Assembly (NCBI GenBank): GCA_002633005.1
Contig: NMRA01000684.1
Span: forward strand, 62,001-126,000
DNA length: 64,000 nt
Direction: 5' to 3'
Origin: Phoronis australis
Taxonomy: Eukaryota; Animalia; Phoronida
Shown piece by piece: positions 14,401 to 29,400 of the stretch. Numbering within the stretch: position 1 is the first letter of the stretch; each line of letters begins with the position of its first letter. Below the pieces are notes generated by a model. It was not told where the DNA came from. It ran no database searches and saw only the letters and a list, made by a program, of their open reading frames with translations. A program made the translations under genes and the position numbers.

Positions 14401-17400
14401 CAACAAGTACACGTGTACCGCAGGGTCGTCTAACAACAGGTACCCTCTGACACAGCAGTGCATTGAGGTCCATATACATAGCTTATGTAGGAAAACGTGG
14501 AAGAGACGACAGAAATTCAACCTCATTGTCACGATAATGTGACTGTCGTCGGCGAGACTTTGTGTATCTAGTACATCATCTCTTTGAGGGATCGCGTACC
14601 ATCGGGTGGTCACGTGGTCTCCTTGCATGAAATTTTCCAGACATGAAATTTTCCTGACGTGTGAAAATTTCCTGGAGTAATAATTTTTATGTCGTAGCGT
14701 GATAAATTTCCGGTCCCGAGGTGTTATGCTTTGGTCCGGGCGCAATAAATTATAGGCCCAGGCGCGATAAATTTTGTTTTGAGTACATTTTTTTCTGACC
14801 TGCAGAGAATTTAGTTCTTGAATAGAAAATTTGTGTCCTGGAATTTTCTCCGCTTTGGCTTTCCATTGTGCACTGAGGCCCCTATTAGCACAACTGTTCA
14901 TGGCCATAAATGTAAATTGTGAACCAGCAAGTACACCTGTACCACTGGTTCGTCCTAACAACAAGCTTCTGACACAGCAGTGTCACTGAGGCCCCTATCA
15001 GCACAACTTTTCGTAGCAATAAAATGTAAATTGTGCAACCAGCCATATGACATTCGAACTAGCCACATTTGGAATTTTTGTAGGGTCTTATTCAATGTAC
15101 ATAAGTGTTTAGTTGAATTCTGTTTTTACCACTCGAGTATGAATTTTCAACATAATTTAGACATTTCAACAAGTTGGCTTCATCGTTGAACGCTGTTGCC
15201 TCTTGCACATTGCGTATGAATCGCTTTAATAGCACTGAAAATTACCCTACTTTGATTTCAAGGTATGATATGAATGATTGATTACAGCTAAATGCAATCA
15301 GGAAATTGAAAAACACTATACATGAACAACACAAACTGTAATCCCAAAAGCCATCCTATCGTGTGTGGGATTCAAAATGATTCAATTGCGTCTGAAATCA
15401 TAACCGTTATCACATCAATTTCAGGCCTTTACAAAAATATCCGGCGTGCATTCCGTAAACGCAGGAACTTCGAAAAAACACAAGATCGCGCACGATTTCG
15501 CGAGATATTGCAAGGTAACATTACAGGCGGAACACGTTATCACTTTGCGAGATTTTTGCGTCTACGGAACTCAATCCTATAATCGCCAGGGGCCCGTTTG
15601 ACTAAGCATTCAAAGTGCCTGTGGGAGCAATGAATCGTTTACGAGTTACTTTATGGACCCGATGGCAACAGTTTCTGACGGGTTCGCGTCCTTCTAGATC
15701 GGCTATTCTGTCCTCCATTCTCCAGTTCTGAAAAATTTCTGTCGCAAAAGTTTGAATCACCCATTATTGTGAAATGGGCCCCAACGGTCTGCTTGTAACA
15801 TAGATTGTGGCCTTAATAATTATTTCTAATTGTGTTTTACAGACAATAAGCGTATACGTGCGTGCCAAGGGGAAATCGAAATAAGTGTTCGTTGTAGATC
15901 CCCAGTGGGAAATTTCCTCCCTCGTGAGAAGAATGTCGCCATGCAGTTAACCGATTAAGGCAACATTTGGGTAATGTCGGAGCCTGTAAGTTGGCTTAAA
16001 CACCACAGGCAGTCAGAAACGTGAGTACACCGGAAATGAAAACCCCTAACTCACTGTGAGTTACTGCGCTGACGACCCCGTCATCGTTGCTTCTCTTTTT
16101 GCAAAACTTACACCACTGACCCTACCCTGACTCTCTGGTCACCATCAATAACATCTTTTGTTTACCTCCCCGCAATGATACCAAAACGATGCGATTGCCA
16201 CAACTTTAATTCAAATATCTCACACTACCTAAGAGAGCAAAATACGTCACTTTCACAAGATGGACCAATACCCTGCAGTTTGAATGACAACAAAACGTGC
16301 GACCTCTGTTTCACCAACGAGGTAGATAGCTCCGGCTTGACCTTGCACTGTCACGGGGAAAGCTGGTCGTCGTCTTAAAGGACAATAAGACGAGCGCTTT
16401 TGTCAAAAACCAACTTTTCATTTATTAGGTCATTTACCGCTACAAAATCGGTCTCGTCTCATTCTTTACTCATATTAGAACTGATGTCTAGACTTGAGAA
16501 GAACACGCAGTTTGTGATTGTTTCAGACTGGCCTCGTGACTTTTGCTGGTCACGGCGGGTTCGTTTCCGCTCCCCAAGCAGTGCGACGGCGGTTACGTGA
16601 ATTCTAGGCGTTTTATTGCAACAAATTTCAAAGGATAAGAACTCTGTTACGTTGCACTGAAAGAAAAAGTATGCCCGTGAAGAGTGTCGTATATAGCGAT
16701 ATTGTTTATAGCGACGTAAATTAGTGAAAGTTCCCAATCTCAAAACCTAAATATTACAAATTATACCACAATATCAGCCTCGAATGGCCAATACAACCGT
16801 GTAATAACTCATTTAGTTATCTCACTCGTGAGATAACATTTTGGCGGGAATCGAGGCCGGTTTCGAACCCGATCGCAAGAGTTTCGAGTCGTCGACTTTA
16901 GCACTGCACCATTCAGCGACTGACGTCATCGAACGTGAAAATAGAATACTTAAATGAGCACGCGCAACAATCGCATGTTCAACAAAGGGCATTGATTGTA
17001 CCGACATTTATACGCTATGAAAAATAAGAAGCATTATTTCATAAAAACGATATTTTAATTCACTGAATTTTATCTCTCATTTTCTCTCACTTGTAAAACA
17101 CCGATCTCCAATTTGAATGCGAGTATCGTGTCGTCGGGATCATGATCCTTTGACCTGAGCATTAAACTCGGTTACCAGTGGTAACCTACTTTAGCAGACG
17201 ATATTTTCTTGGTCGAAGCTTAGCATGATAAAATGTGTAGTAAGCTATAATAGTTGCTAAACAACCTTAATTTATAGATTCACTTTCTTTCCATTTTGTC
17301 TAATTGGTGTTGAGTACAAGCATTATTTGACAAAAATAGCTCGGCTTTTCTAAAAGGTCACGATCTCCTACCTCGGGCCTCTGACATAGAAAGTAGTTAC

Positions 17401-20400
17401 AAAGCCGAGGCGAGTCGAGAAAGGTAGATCGATTTATTGCAATGTTTCTCGTTCAGTATGTGGTATAAATAGATTATTATATGTTCTCAGTCGTTATCCC
17501 CCTTATCTAGAGCCCTCGTGGATTTTGGAGAATTATCGCCTGATGGGCTGACGCCCCTCAGGCGATAATTCTCCAAAATCCACTCGTGCTCTAGAATACG
17601 GGGGATAACGACTGAGAACATGTAATAATCTATATTTAACAATACGAGCACGCCCGCAATGCAAAGATTTGCCAGGAAGATAGCAAATAATCCGTATGTG
17701 TAAGTTCAGTTGTAAATAAACGTTGAGCGATTGTGAAATCGATTTAAGTGACGTCCATGACGAATGTGCAATGTGAATTCAACGTGCTGTCGGTAAGTCT
17801 TGAAACACTTCAATTGATCGTAGTTAATACATTAGCAAAACACTCGTAGAAAATATAATCCATTCGTGGTAAACATTTCCTGGAGCATTTGTTCTGAATA
17901 ACATTGTTATCTATGACATCCCAAGACTAATTTTGCATTCATAACCCTTGTCTCGCAGTCCGACATCTTTCTAAAAAACAAAATGTCTACCAAGTGGGAA
18001 ATCAGCTGGCATGTTACTCTAAAAACGCTCGTCGTGAACTTCATCAAAGATCAAAGGTTGGTTTATTTTTTACCTTCATCGTTTTCGCTCAGTGACTTCT
18101 TTAGTGAATGTACGGCACTACGGAGCAAGGATTCAGAGAGTTTAAGCCCACCACTTCAATAAATGACAATGGCGGATTCAGAATGTCGCGTAAGGGCGAT
18201 TGCAAAAGCCCTAAATTAAGGTATGCAGTCAGCTTTCTGGCCCATGTCTGGAGGTTGGGGAACATGAAGAAAGAACGAACTCTCGTCAATAAAATGGTAG
18301 ATCCGCTACTCGCCTTTGAGTTTATGGAATGTTAGTACATTTACACAGCAAGTAATAAATGAAGTTGTTATAACAACAAATATTCCCTAAATAAACTCCT
18401 TCTGTTTCTTTTCAATTTCATACGCTTGAGTACTTCATCATAAAATTTTACATCAAAACAATATAATTTAAACGTAATTCCCAAACGATGCTTTTTCAAC
18501 ACTTTTAAAAATCAAATATTTTCAAAATCATCAGATCTAGAATTAAATATGGAACTTTAAAAAAAAATAAATTTCAGTTGGATCACCAACAAAATAGTCG
18601 CCACCGTTGAAGGACCATCAGTGATCTTCGCTTTTTATGAATTACCAGTGAAAGTACATAATTATGCGAAATGTTCCTTTTTGTGACGTCTTTCGATTGA
18701 TGACACTTTTTCTTTGTTCTAAACAGGCGAAAATAAAGGCAAGAGTGTTTCGTTGCTAGAACACTTCCAGAGTATCAAACGTTGGTGAACTTTGTTTTGT
18801 ATTGAACTTTGCAACTGATGTGATGTATTGTGTTTCACATGTAATTCTCGGCCGTGAGTCATAATTTGAGATAGTTCATGAACCCCTCAAATTACTTATT
18901 TACCGACCGCAAATGCAAATCAAACTAAACCGGTTCTTTGCGGCGTGTACATTTAGGACAGGTGGAAGTTTATTAGCTCGTGAATATGTTTTTTAAAGGA
19001 TGCGATATCATAGAATCGCAAATGTAAGAAACCGCCTCAACATTTGTTTCCAAGTTACGATGACATATAGACATGGTGGGTTCTCAACGGAACCTTTCAT
19101 ATTTAATCAAAGGAAGGCAATTAGACTAAATTTAGCTTTAATGACCCAAAGAATGCACGAGAGGAAGGCCCGGATTAGAGCTTGAGTCAGCACCTTCAGA
19201 GATTGTGACAGAGGAATGTCCGTGGACGTCGGTGAAGGCTTTCAGGTGATGTTTCTTGAATGTGATAGACAATGTTTGGATCAGATACACGCAAATAAAA
19301 CCTCCCATCACATTCATTTCAATTCACGTTTAGTCAAGGGAACACTTGCATTTTTTATTTTCCAGCAGTACGTGGTGGTCGTTCGGGTGAACAAGGTTAT
19401 GGTGCCGGATACCACGTGACTCTGCTTTGCAAAGTATGAGAGTATACCCCTAGTACTCCAGTCAAGTATAGAAACCTTACACAATCTTACTTTGTAAAAA
19501 CACCCGTCGCTTGGCTTTGACATAATCAGTCACAGCCTGAGTGTTTACTGGTACTGGATACGACTACAATGACATCACTTTAAAATGATATAAGAGAAAT
19601 TGGAAATGGTATCCTAATAACTTGTCTGAAGCACAGTCGAAAAAATAAGTGTTTACGAAAGTGGCCAGTCTTCGGTTTTGTCGGGTCACATAACCTTTCG
19701 CCACTGTTACTCCAGATTATTTAATGATGGCGGTTCATTTTCAAGCGCAAGTTTTAAAAATGTTCATTGGTTTCAAAACTTGACTCTTCGATGAGTAAAA
19801 CAGTGGTATGACTATTAAAGCAATCAAACGCAAAAAGCACGTCATTATTTTGAGTTCCTCTAATGACGTCAACATATCTTCAGTTTTAAGGCAATTTAAA
19901 AATTGCAACAAGTTAAATCATGTTATTCCGCACCAAACAAATACACATACGCATCGCGTACGCATGCAATGCAGTACACCTTCAATTCACGTGAACTTTA
20001 GTCTACTTTGCACCTGACGGCATTTAGAGTTTCGACTGCATAAATTCTTTTCGTGTTTTTTTCACGTGTTGGTGTTAATCATAGGATCCATTCATGACTT
20101 TTTGATTTGGTTTGCAACAGATTGTTGATCAGATCTGTGAATTTTCTCACACTCGGTTATAGAAGTACGTAGATACTCGCTGACGTAATCTACACACACG
20201 CCGACCGTAAAGTTTGTCTGCCAAATGGATTTCCGACTCGTTTAGCAAGTTAACTACGGAATATTCATATCGCTTACTAATTGCCTATGGTTTTTTGGGA
20301 AAATTGTTTCTGACAATCCCTTGATGTTAGAGTGAAAATACATGTTTCGCGCCTCGTGAATTTAACACGAGGTTTTCAGAAATGCCAACAACTCTTGATT

Positions 20401-23400
20401 ACGACTGACATTTATCCTATACGCGTGATAGTATGGACATGAAATAAGGGTCGTATTGTGTGCTGTGATATGGAAGAACTACTTTTCCGAATTTAATGAG
20501 TATTCAATACAGATTTTCTGTATTCAACGCTCGTTGAATACGGAAGCCTTCTTTCTAGCCCTACTGAGCACACCATACACTACAATCACCAGAAACATGA
20601 TTGTATTATATAGCATCGCTTCGGGTTCAGCTCCGTGCGAAATATTTTCACATGTCAACACTATGATATACGTTTTTAAAACAACAAATAAAGTGTTCGG
20701 TCTCGGTCGATACGCGGAATAATGTCTCGTGGGATATTACTTCATGTACGCCACTCCCCGGTACGTTTTGTGTATTTATTTGCTGTTATGAATTGAGTTA
20801 AAATCATTCCAGAAAATCAGTAATCTCTGGATTCGGCTTCAAATATGACAGCCATATTATGATAGTGTTTTACACCAGTATTTTACAACGCATTGTTAAA
20901 AAAGCGTAAAATCGCAGAATTCTTGTACCAATTCAAAACATTTAATTAAGTAATTAAATCGGACATGATGTTTAAACGCGATTGCCTGGCAAACTAATTG
21001 CATCCAAAACAGCTTTCTCCATCAGATGATGGTGAAAGTAGGTTACTCCCATGACATTTGATACATGTGAAGGAAGAGTGTAAAGTGTGTGTGCGCGCGC
21101 ATATCGGAAATTTTGGAGCAAAGGAGGAGGCATCATTAACACACATACTTCTTGGCATAGAATCTTGACCGCATGAAATTGATGAAAGTTCGTTCACCTC
21201 AACCAAGTTGAAATATCAAAAAGGTTGTTGATAAGCAAACCAAATGTGAAAAATCCACTTGATTTAAATGATTCAGAAGCTAACGGTATTTTACACTTGT
21301 AGCACACAAAAACATGTACGATAGAAAGTGTACTTTGGTATTACGAAAATCGCTCTTCCTGAACGAAGGGAGGAACGCATTTTTCACAGAAAGTAACATC
21401 CACCAAAATTAGTTGCAACACCGTCATTTCATTTAAAAACAGTAGGTGTGTCCGTGCTCTAGGTGCCTTTAATTGTCAATTAAAAACAAACCTAGAGCCG
21501 AGTCTGCTGAAGTAATTAAGCTGCAGTAGAAATATTCGAAGTGACAGTTCAATCGTAAGGCACTTCGTTGAAGGAGCAGATGAAGCGTGGAAAAACTGTT
21601 GTCACACCTCGTTTTAAAGCTTCAAATATAAAGATTACCAGTGACTTTAATTTCATACCATGAATATATATTTTAGCAAAATTGGGAAATAAGCCCAATG
21701 CCTTCTCACAAAACCCAAGGACGATCCCATTTCAAGCTTAAGAAATCTGCAAACCTGTCAAGAAATAGCCCACTTTTGCATATGATTGGAGTGGCAAGCA
21801 CAAAATGCCTGTTTTCAGGATGTGCATGCTACTGTAGATCATATGATGTGTAGTCTGACGTTTAACCAAAAAAACTACCACAGTCACGGTACAACTGTAG
21901 TGTTGAGTTCCTTAGACGCAAAAATCTTGCGAAGGGAGCTATAGTGGGATCACGTGCTTTGCTTGTAATACAAGTCGATGTCTCGCGAGTTCTTGCGTGA
22001 TCTTGGGTTTTCGCGAAGCACGCCGGGTAACACAATTGATCACGTGATACTTGCGAGATCACATTTGTACGAGCAGGACATTAGCACACTTACGGTCTAA
22101 TTTCACTAACAACTGACCTATCGCCAGGATTTTGAGTGACGGCTTAACTGACCATTTAGAACCCATCATTCTTTACACACCTTCGTTTCCAAGGTGCCAT
22201 TTTACCCAACAAACAACACATTGCCGGGTAAAGCTTATTGTTGGTTAGTCGACATTACGCAAGGGGGCGGAGCTTGCGATAGGTCAATTCCTTTACCAAC
22301 CCAAGTCACATGCGTCATTTTCAAATACGCAATGGTAGCGGTGGTCAACTCCAATAAAGGCGGAAGTGATTTCTTGAGTCGATGATGTTTCGTGTTCATG
22401 GTGGTAACGGAAGTAGAATCCCGTGACGGTAAGGAGTATTATGAGACCGGTTTTAAATGAGAGTAAACGGCCCAATTCCAATTTCCTTTCTAAGTAGCAA
22501 AAAGGGTAAAATGTGTTCAGTTCTTAAAAATGATGAGCCCATGAGTACATTACTTTGGTAAACATTTTTATATTTTCATTCAAATCACATCCAGTGCCTT
22601 TTAATTCCACCGTAAAACAAAACAAATACTGATCGAGCAAGCTTAGCCAGACACATGATCGAAGGCGTGAAGCATTGTCGGGTAATATAATGCCTGAAGA
22701 CAAAAGTTTCAAATCGCATCACATTGTGCGTTCATGGCTTAAAATTGCCATGTGAAACCAAATGTGGGTTTTATAAAGCGTTTGCAGTCAATTTCCATTA
22801 ACAAATCAACTCTCGATCTTCTAATGTCAAAAAACGGTTAGCTATTATCAAAAGGTGATCAACATTCTAAAAAGAACTCGCTTTCCCTCTTAACTCACTT
22901 AATTATTGAATATGCAATTATCTCTCGAGTATGGTATTGATCATCAATCTTGAAAAAAATTCCGCAATCACCATTTGTTTCATTGCAGTTACAAACTATT
23001 TCTACTCTCTGCAATCTTATAAACAATTTCATCAGTGTCAGGGATGGTAATAAGATTTCTACTTTACAATGTGATTAATAGACACTCAAAATGGCTACAC
23101 AACGAGGTTGAAAGGCCGTGAATTATTCACGAAAGTAACAGCTAAAGATGAGTATATTTCAGTACAAAGCAGCTGAAAAACCAAAGCTTCATGTTGTAGT
23201 TTAGAGCAAATGCTCGGTGTTTTAGGAACACTTTACTGCAACACAGAACAGTGCAATAATGGTACAAAGAATCAGCAAGGAAACGAATCGTTATAATTAG
23301 GCTGAGGACGTATGAAATTCCAGTTTTAATCCACGTAGGAAAACAAATCTGCTCTATCAATGAAGTTGAAAAGGTTTATTACAAGAGGCCTAGTATACAA

Positions 23401-26400
23401 TTTTGTTGCATAATTGATTTGTTATCTCAGTATCACATGCTTGTTAATTATGTATTTATTCTCCGATAGTGTCCTGGCTGATAAATATGTATTCTAAACA
23501 AACACGTTAAATGAATATTTAGTCCAAGTAGTCAATTTCCAACTTGAAAAGCAGTTGTTCTTGAGATTTTAATTAACTAGTAAGGGAATCTTTTCCGAAC
23601 TTCAAAGTGTAAATAGGCAGCCAGGCTATTCGTCTGGATGATCAGCCCCACACATACACGGAGTCCGTACCCGACTAATTGGCAACTTTGATAGTGTGTA
23701 CGAAGGATAATTTGAGGCCTCTAATATGTACGCCTTCCATGTATAAAAATGTGGAATACATTGAGTTGAATCTATCACAGTAATAATAGAAACGATTAGA
23801 CCTAATCAGCCCAGAGAACAACAATCACTTTGTCAAAACGGGTTAATAGCTAACTAAATTATAACAAATACACGTAATTATGTCTCATTTTCTACAATTA
23901 ACACTTTAGCTATCATCAGTCGAAATGCCAGACTTTCAGCTGGCTCGACTGCGCATCTGAAATATGTCAATTGTGGCTTAGCGGGTGGTAACCCGACTGG
24001 TAATTCTAAGAAATCCATGATACTGTCAAATTACTGAAACTAATTGGTAGAATATATGTGTGTGTCTAGCATTATAATATCTGTAAAGACTGGCTTGTGA
24101 AGAGGTTTTGGCCCTGTGCTCCAAACTACTCCATGCATTCAACAGAAATCAGACGAAACACCGGAAGCCTGCAAACACGTAATTTAAAAAGTTGCTGTTG
24201 CGATTTCGTGGCCAATTGGTATGATTCGCGATTATGCTCTCGACTACAACCTCTTTCGTATTCCCTAAGACTAAATCAACGGGAAGTTTTATACTTGGAT
24301 TTCGATCGCAATTAACACCGCAACAACGTGAGGTGCAGTCGCTCTGATTTAATTTATCAGTAACTCGAGCAATGGTCTTCGAAAGGAATTACGTGTTCAC
24401 TTGGATTCAATTTGCAAACTCTTTTCAACGATGAATGATATTTCGTCGGATATTTCCGACTTATGTGATGGTTCTAGATCTGGTTATGAGAAATCTTTAC
24501 TTATTCAAGTACCGTGCTTGGCTTATGGTTACATGAAATATTCTCTTAGACGTCATGACGATCCTCATAAGTAGGTAGCAAATCGCTATTGCAAAACACA
24601 TTTTTTTGCAGTTGAGAAAATCTGCGACGTGCATATAAGAGTTGACGGTTGTATGGTGCATCAGCTTGCTTCAACATCACTGGGGCTGGCTCACGCACAG
24701 ATTTCCTTCATTTGTTCGATGCCAATGCTTGTTCATTTTACGCTTATATTCTGTTAGGAAATGTTTCCCGAAAGCTCCGACGTTGACCAACTGTAGGCGT
24801 AACTGAGATATTCTGCGAAAACTGCTTTATTGATAAAAAGAATATCATACCTTTTCATTCTTGTTCTGGCTTAGTTAAAAACCACCACACATAGCAGGAT
24901 ACTGTTAAGGCGCTTATATTGGCTTGTTTTACCGTATTTAATACGATTTCTCATTCGGAGCATCGAGTAATCCAGCAACAAGCTAAGAGATTTCGCCACA
25001 GCGCGACCAACTTTGTGTAAATATAGGTCACGGTACCATATGATCCACACGATTTCATTGATCAAGAAAACGGTATTTTGCAATACTAAAATGCAACACC
25101 GTGAATGAAAGCCGTGTTGTCCCAAGCGCCACAAACACATTTCATCACCATTATCGAAATATCTTTAAAAACGCGAAAATATAAGAAAGTCAAGGCGCGT
25201 TAGTAGTTGTTGATCACGCTATTACGTCACTCGGGACAGCCAATGAGACGCCAGGAGCTAAGTAATATAATGTGGCAATGTAGCATAATTAGTTTATCCC
25301 AAATCTCTATCTCACGCTCGAATGTGGTGCTTTTAGTATTTTAAGCGAACGTATCTGCTTTGAAAACCTAGAAAATCAACGGATCATCCGATTGACGATG
25401 AAGTCCCCACGATCCAGTGGTACACTCGACATTAAGTGGTTCTAATCAAAAATGACTCTATTTTGTACTCTGGACTGTTCCGTAAGGCGGACACTATAGT
25501 GGGGCACTTGCATGTACTTCGAGAAATCGTCGCTCTTGGAACGGAAACAGAGAATTCAAACCCATAATTCAACATTCCGGTCTCGCCGATCAATCGCTCC
25601 ACAGGCCTCCATTTAAAGCTACATTTCACCCGTTTAAGCTGACATAAAGCGTGACATAAAACCACGCAATGTGTACATTGCGGAGACGTCATTGAGCACT
25701 CACTTGTGAAGTTCTTGCTGACAGTTCTTCATCAATATTCCATTCGTGATTGTTTGCATATAAATATTTGTGAAACAATTCCACAGTGCGCGCCTGAGTG
25801 GGCAATAACCCAGACGTGATATAGTATTTCACAAAACATTAACTGGATCATTGTTTGACTTACTCCGAAATGTAATAACGTCGATAGGCCTACTGTAAAC
25901 CTAGTCGGCAAGAAAAACAAACTACATAAAGATAAAATGGAAGTAAACCAGGTTTTGAAGATTTCCACCAATCCTCGATCTGCTGCCTGCTATTGCATCA
26001 TTGGCGTCAATCGTCGAAGTCCATGTTAAACGCAGTAATCAATTAAAATCTCATACTCCAACTTTGAACAATGTCGGCAAAACACAAACAGAAGTAACGA
26101 TAATGAACCAATATTCTCGTTGTGACCTTGAAAATAATATCAAGGCCATCAAATTCGACCGGCGGGTCTCGATGCCTTTGGTGCAAAATATGAAAAAAAT
26201 ACCCAAAAAACAAACGCTCTGCTTGAGCTAACGTGCTACACAAGGTATACTACACGGTTAACGGACTGCAAAACACCATGTCGAACGCAATAACACGATT
26301 CACATACACGTACAAGCGCTACTTACCCTGGAAGCCGATGAGTCCGTGACCAACGTGTATTCGGCATGATTTGTCGGAGTGAACCGTGTTTGACTGTCCG

Positions 26401-29400
26401 TGTGACGTATTTCTAAGTGAATGTGAGTCCGCGGCCGTGTTTTGTGAGTGAAGTGTGTTGTAAGTCCGATCCCGTGTATTTGAGTCAGTGAACGGTGTTT
26501 TCAGTAAGTGAGTCGTGTTTTTGAGTCCGACACGGTGTTTTGCAGTCCGTTAGTAGTGTAGTTAAGGCATCTTGTAACAACATCAGTTTGAACTAACGAG
26601 CGACGGGAGACAAAAACCGAAGCTTCCTTGCACATCAGTTGGAGGGATGTAGACACATGAGGATTAGTAGCAAAACAATTGAAATTTGAAATTCTGAATA
26701 ATTATGATCTATGAATAGATGTAACTGACGAATCAGGCATGCAGGTCATCAGACATAAGTGGCCATAAAAAATCTGAAATTTCATCACTTTCAGGATAAT
26801 TGCATGCCTGCCACGGATTGAGTACATCGCCGTGTAAGGCGGAGTCGTCGGAACCGCAGATTTATTCAGCTCGACTAGCTAGGCACAGTGAAATGACACT
26901 TGTTAACTCCTTAAAGTACTTAAAATCACCAATTTCATACAAAAAACACCAAAAGCCAATCCCACCAGTCGATCAGCTGTCAAATTAGAACGCCGGCAAA
27001 GACTATCTGACGATATGTTAAATAGTAGCTGATCTCGAGTTACGAGCGTTTACGTGTCGATACATACTGCATAGAATCGGGAGAACCAAACCCAGCATTA
27101 GTCATCTTTCATTGTGTTTAATGTGGGAAATCTTCAGGTATTACTGTTCGTTTTGCTGTGCTTTATGGTATAACAAAGAATGGCTAGGTTGATGGTTGTG
27201 ACAACGCAGTATTTGAGCACGCTGTGGCTCTTTTCATTTTCCCCCGGGACATCGGAGAAGCGAAGGATATGGCACAAGTTTGCACAAGCTTGTGTTGGTG
27301 GACATGACACACTGGCGCTGAGTACATTAATTGATCTATTGGCAGGATTTTGAGTGACGGCTTAAGTGACCACATAGAACTCCTCATTCTTGACACACCT
27401 TCGTTTCCAAGCCGCCATTTTACCCGACAAACAACACGTTGCCGGGTAAAACTTATTGTTTGTTAGTCGACATAAAGCAAGGCGACGGAGCTTGCTATAG
27501 GTCAAGTCGTAATACTCATCTCCGTTGAGCTAAGAAACTTTCAATTAAAGTCGCATTTCTTCAATTTTATCGTTTTTCGGACATGTATATAATTCACGGT
27601 TGCGATGTGCAATGCCATAAAGGAAGGTTTAACGATGTTGACAATGTATTCACTTAAGTCACAACAAAGTCATTGTGGTTTTAAGCACTTTAAAGCTACA
27701 GGCATTTAGGGCCATTTCGAAGGTCAAAAGCGTCAACACTATACCTTATTGTTTTGACAAGTTCCGACAAGTTCCGGGGTATACGGAAATTGCCGTACAG
27801 ATGGTTAACTTTCTCAAGACCATTTCTCCTACGAAAAGGCACCTTTTCCGTCAAAATTGCCCACAAAATAGTGCCTTCCTATTTAGCTCCCTACGAAAGG
27901 GCTCTTTTCAGATGTAATTCCCTACAAAAAGGTTCACCATGGGAGTTCAAGCTCTTCAAAAGGTTTCTTTTTCCAACTAGAAAACTGTATAGAAAGCTAT
28001 TAATACCATCTTCTTGTGCCGTGTGTGGCTTAGTTGGTTAAAAAGACAGCTGTCCAATAATTAATACGATTGGGCAAGGTTCATTGAATTAAACCCTAAC
28101 GGTGGTGTTTTCGGAACAAAACTCTGCAAAAGGGTGACATTTTGAAGAAAGTTCTCAACAATAACGCGTCCCTTTTTCGAGGGTACGTCGATTTATCGTG
28201 GTATTTCAGAATATTCTAAAGTGTTAAAGATTGTGTTTTAAGCCTAGGCAACGTCAGAGACACCCTTACAGCTTCGGCTAGGTAAAAGGACTTACCATCT
28301 GACTGCGAGCTCAAAAGCAAACTTCCGAACTTTTTCCAACTTCCTTCATCTCCAAGCCATTAAAAACTTGGAATAAGATTAAAAGGACATTCCACCCACT
28401 CGGTCGCATTATAGTAACTTCTTTACGTGATCGCTGAAGTTATTCACAGACCAATAAATCGCATAATCTGCTAAATGAAACAAAACTGACGCGCAGACGC
28501 ACTTGTAACGCAGCAGAATACAAAGGCTTACAATTGCACCGCAACACGTAGCTCACGTGCAGCGATGGGAATGACGTCACAGTGGGACAAATCAGAGTGT
28601 TCATTAATAGAACAGGTTACTAATCTGCATTCACGCTGGTCTAAAAGTTTCGTCTTTCGGTTTTACAACTTTTCAAATCATCACAATTTACTGAACCTTT
28701 TGGGTTACCGCCTTATATTGGTAGCCTTTTCGACACGTGAATATGCATTACAGGTCATCGTTAATTAACAATTTCAATTGTTATCTGTCAGCCCCATCAG
28801 GAACCCCATTTAATGCAGAAAAAAATTAGGGGGCGCTCGTTTAAATCAAACCTAGTGATGTCATTAACCATTGACTTCGGAATTCAACGCAACCGTATTT
28901 TAATTAGATCCGGTCAGATTCTCTCCACATGAGTATTTTCGGACGAAAACTTCATGGCAGAATCTTGTAATATCGGGTTTCAAAAGCAAAGACAAATGAA
29001 CATTTTTTTTGATAATTGGGCTTCACTTCTTTTGCTTCTCGTAAATTGAGTGGACTCGTGAAGTGTAGGCGATTTCCACAACACGTTGTTTGGCAGTTCT
29101 AGGTGACCAGACACGTGGACGAGGCGGTCTGAGTCGCCATCTGGTGACTGTATCGGCAATACGACAGGAGCGAAATTCGTTGACATAGAAGAAGGTGTGC
29201 ACCTACTGACAACATTGTTTTTCATTATTGTGAAAATTGAAGATGAAGTTACGTGGCTGCATAAATCAATTTATCGGATAGTTTTGAAAATTTTCAGGTC
29301 GACCTGCAAAAATATTCAAGCCTATATTGGAGACTTATGAAAGAACTGTGCAAAACTCAAGTCGAAAAATTATCTCTGAAATCCCTTTGTTTGTAACGAT

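Noticed and set aside
14227-14964. 245-aa ORF
   Set aside because: Non-ATG start, overlies a minisatellite, no recognisable domain.
16850-16925. Functional tRNA gene
   Set aside because: B-box present but acceptor and anticodon stems do not pair; kept only as a SINE-like remnant.
26340-26545. Short spaced repeats superficially like a CRISPR array
   Set aside because: Degenerate, no unique spacers of constant length, enclosed in transposon TIRs, eukaryotic context.
27820-28190. Repeated CCTACGAAA(A)GG motif (also ~40310, 41222)
   Set aside because: Probably transposon subterminal repeats, but I could not define boundaries or TIRs.
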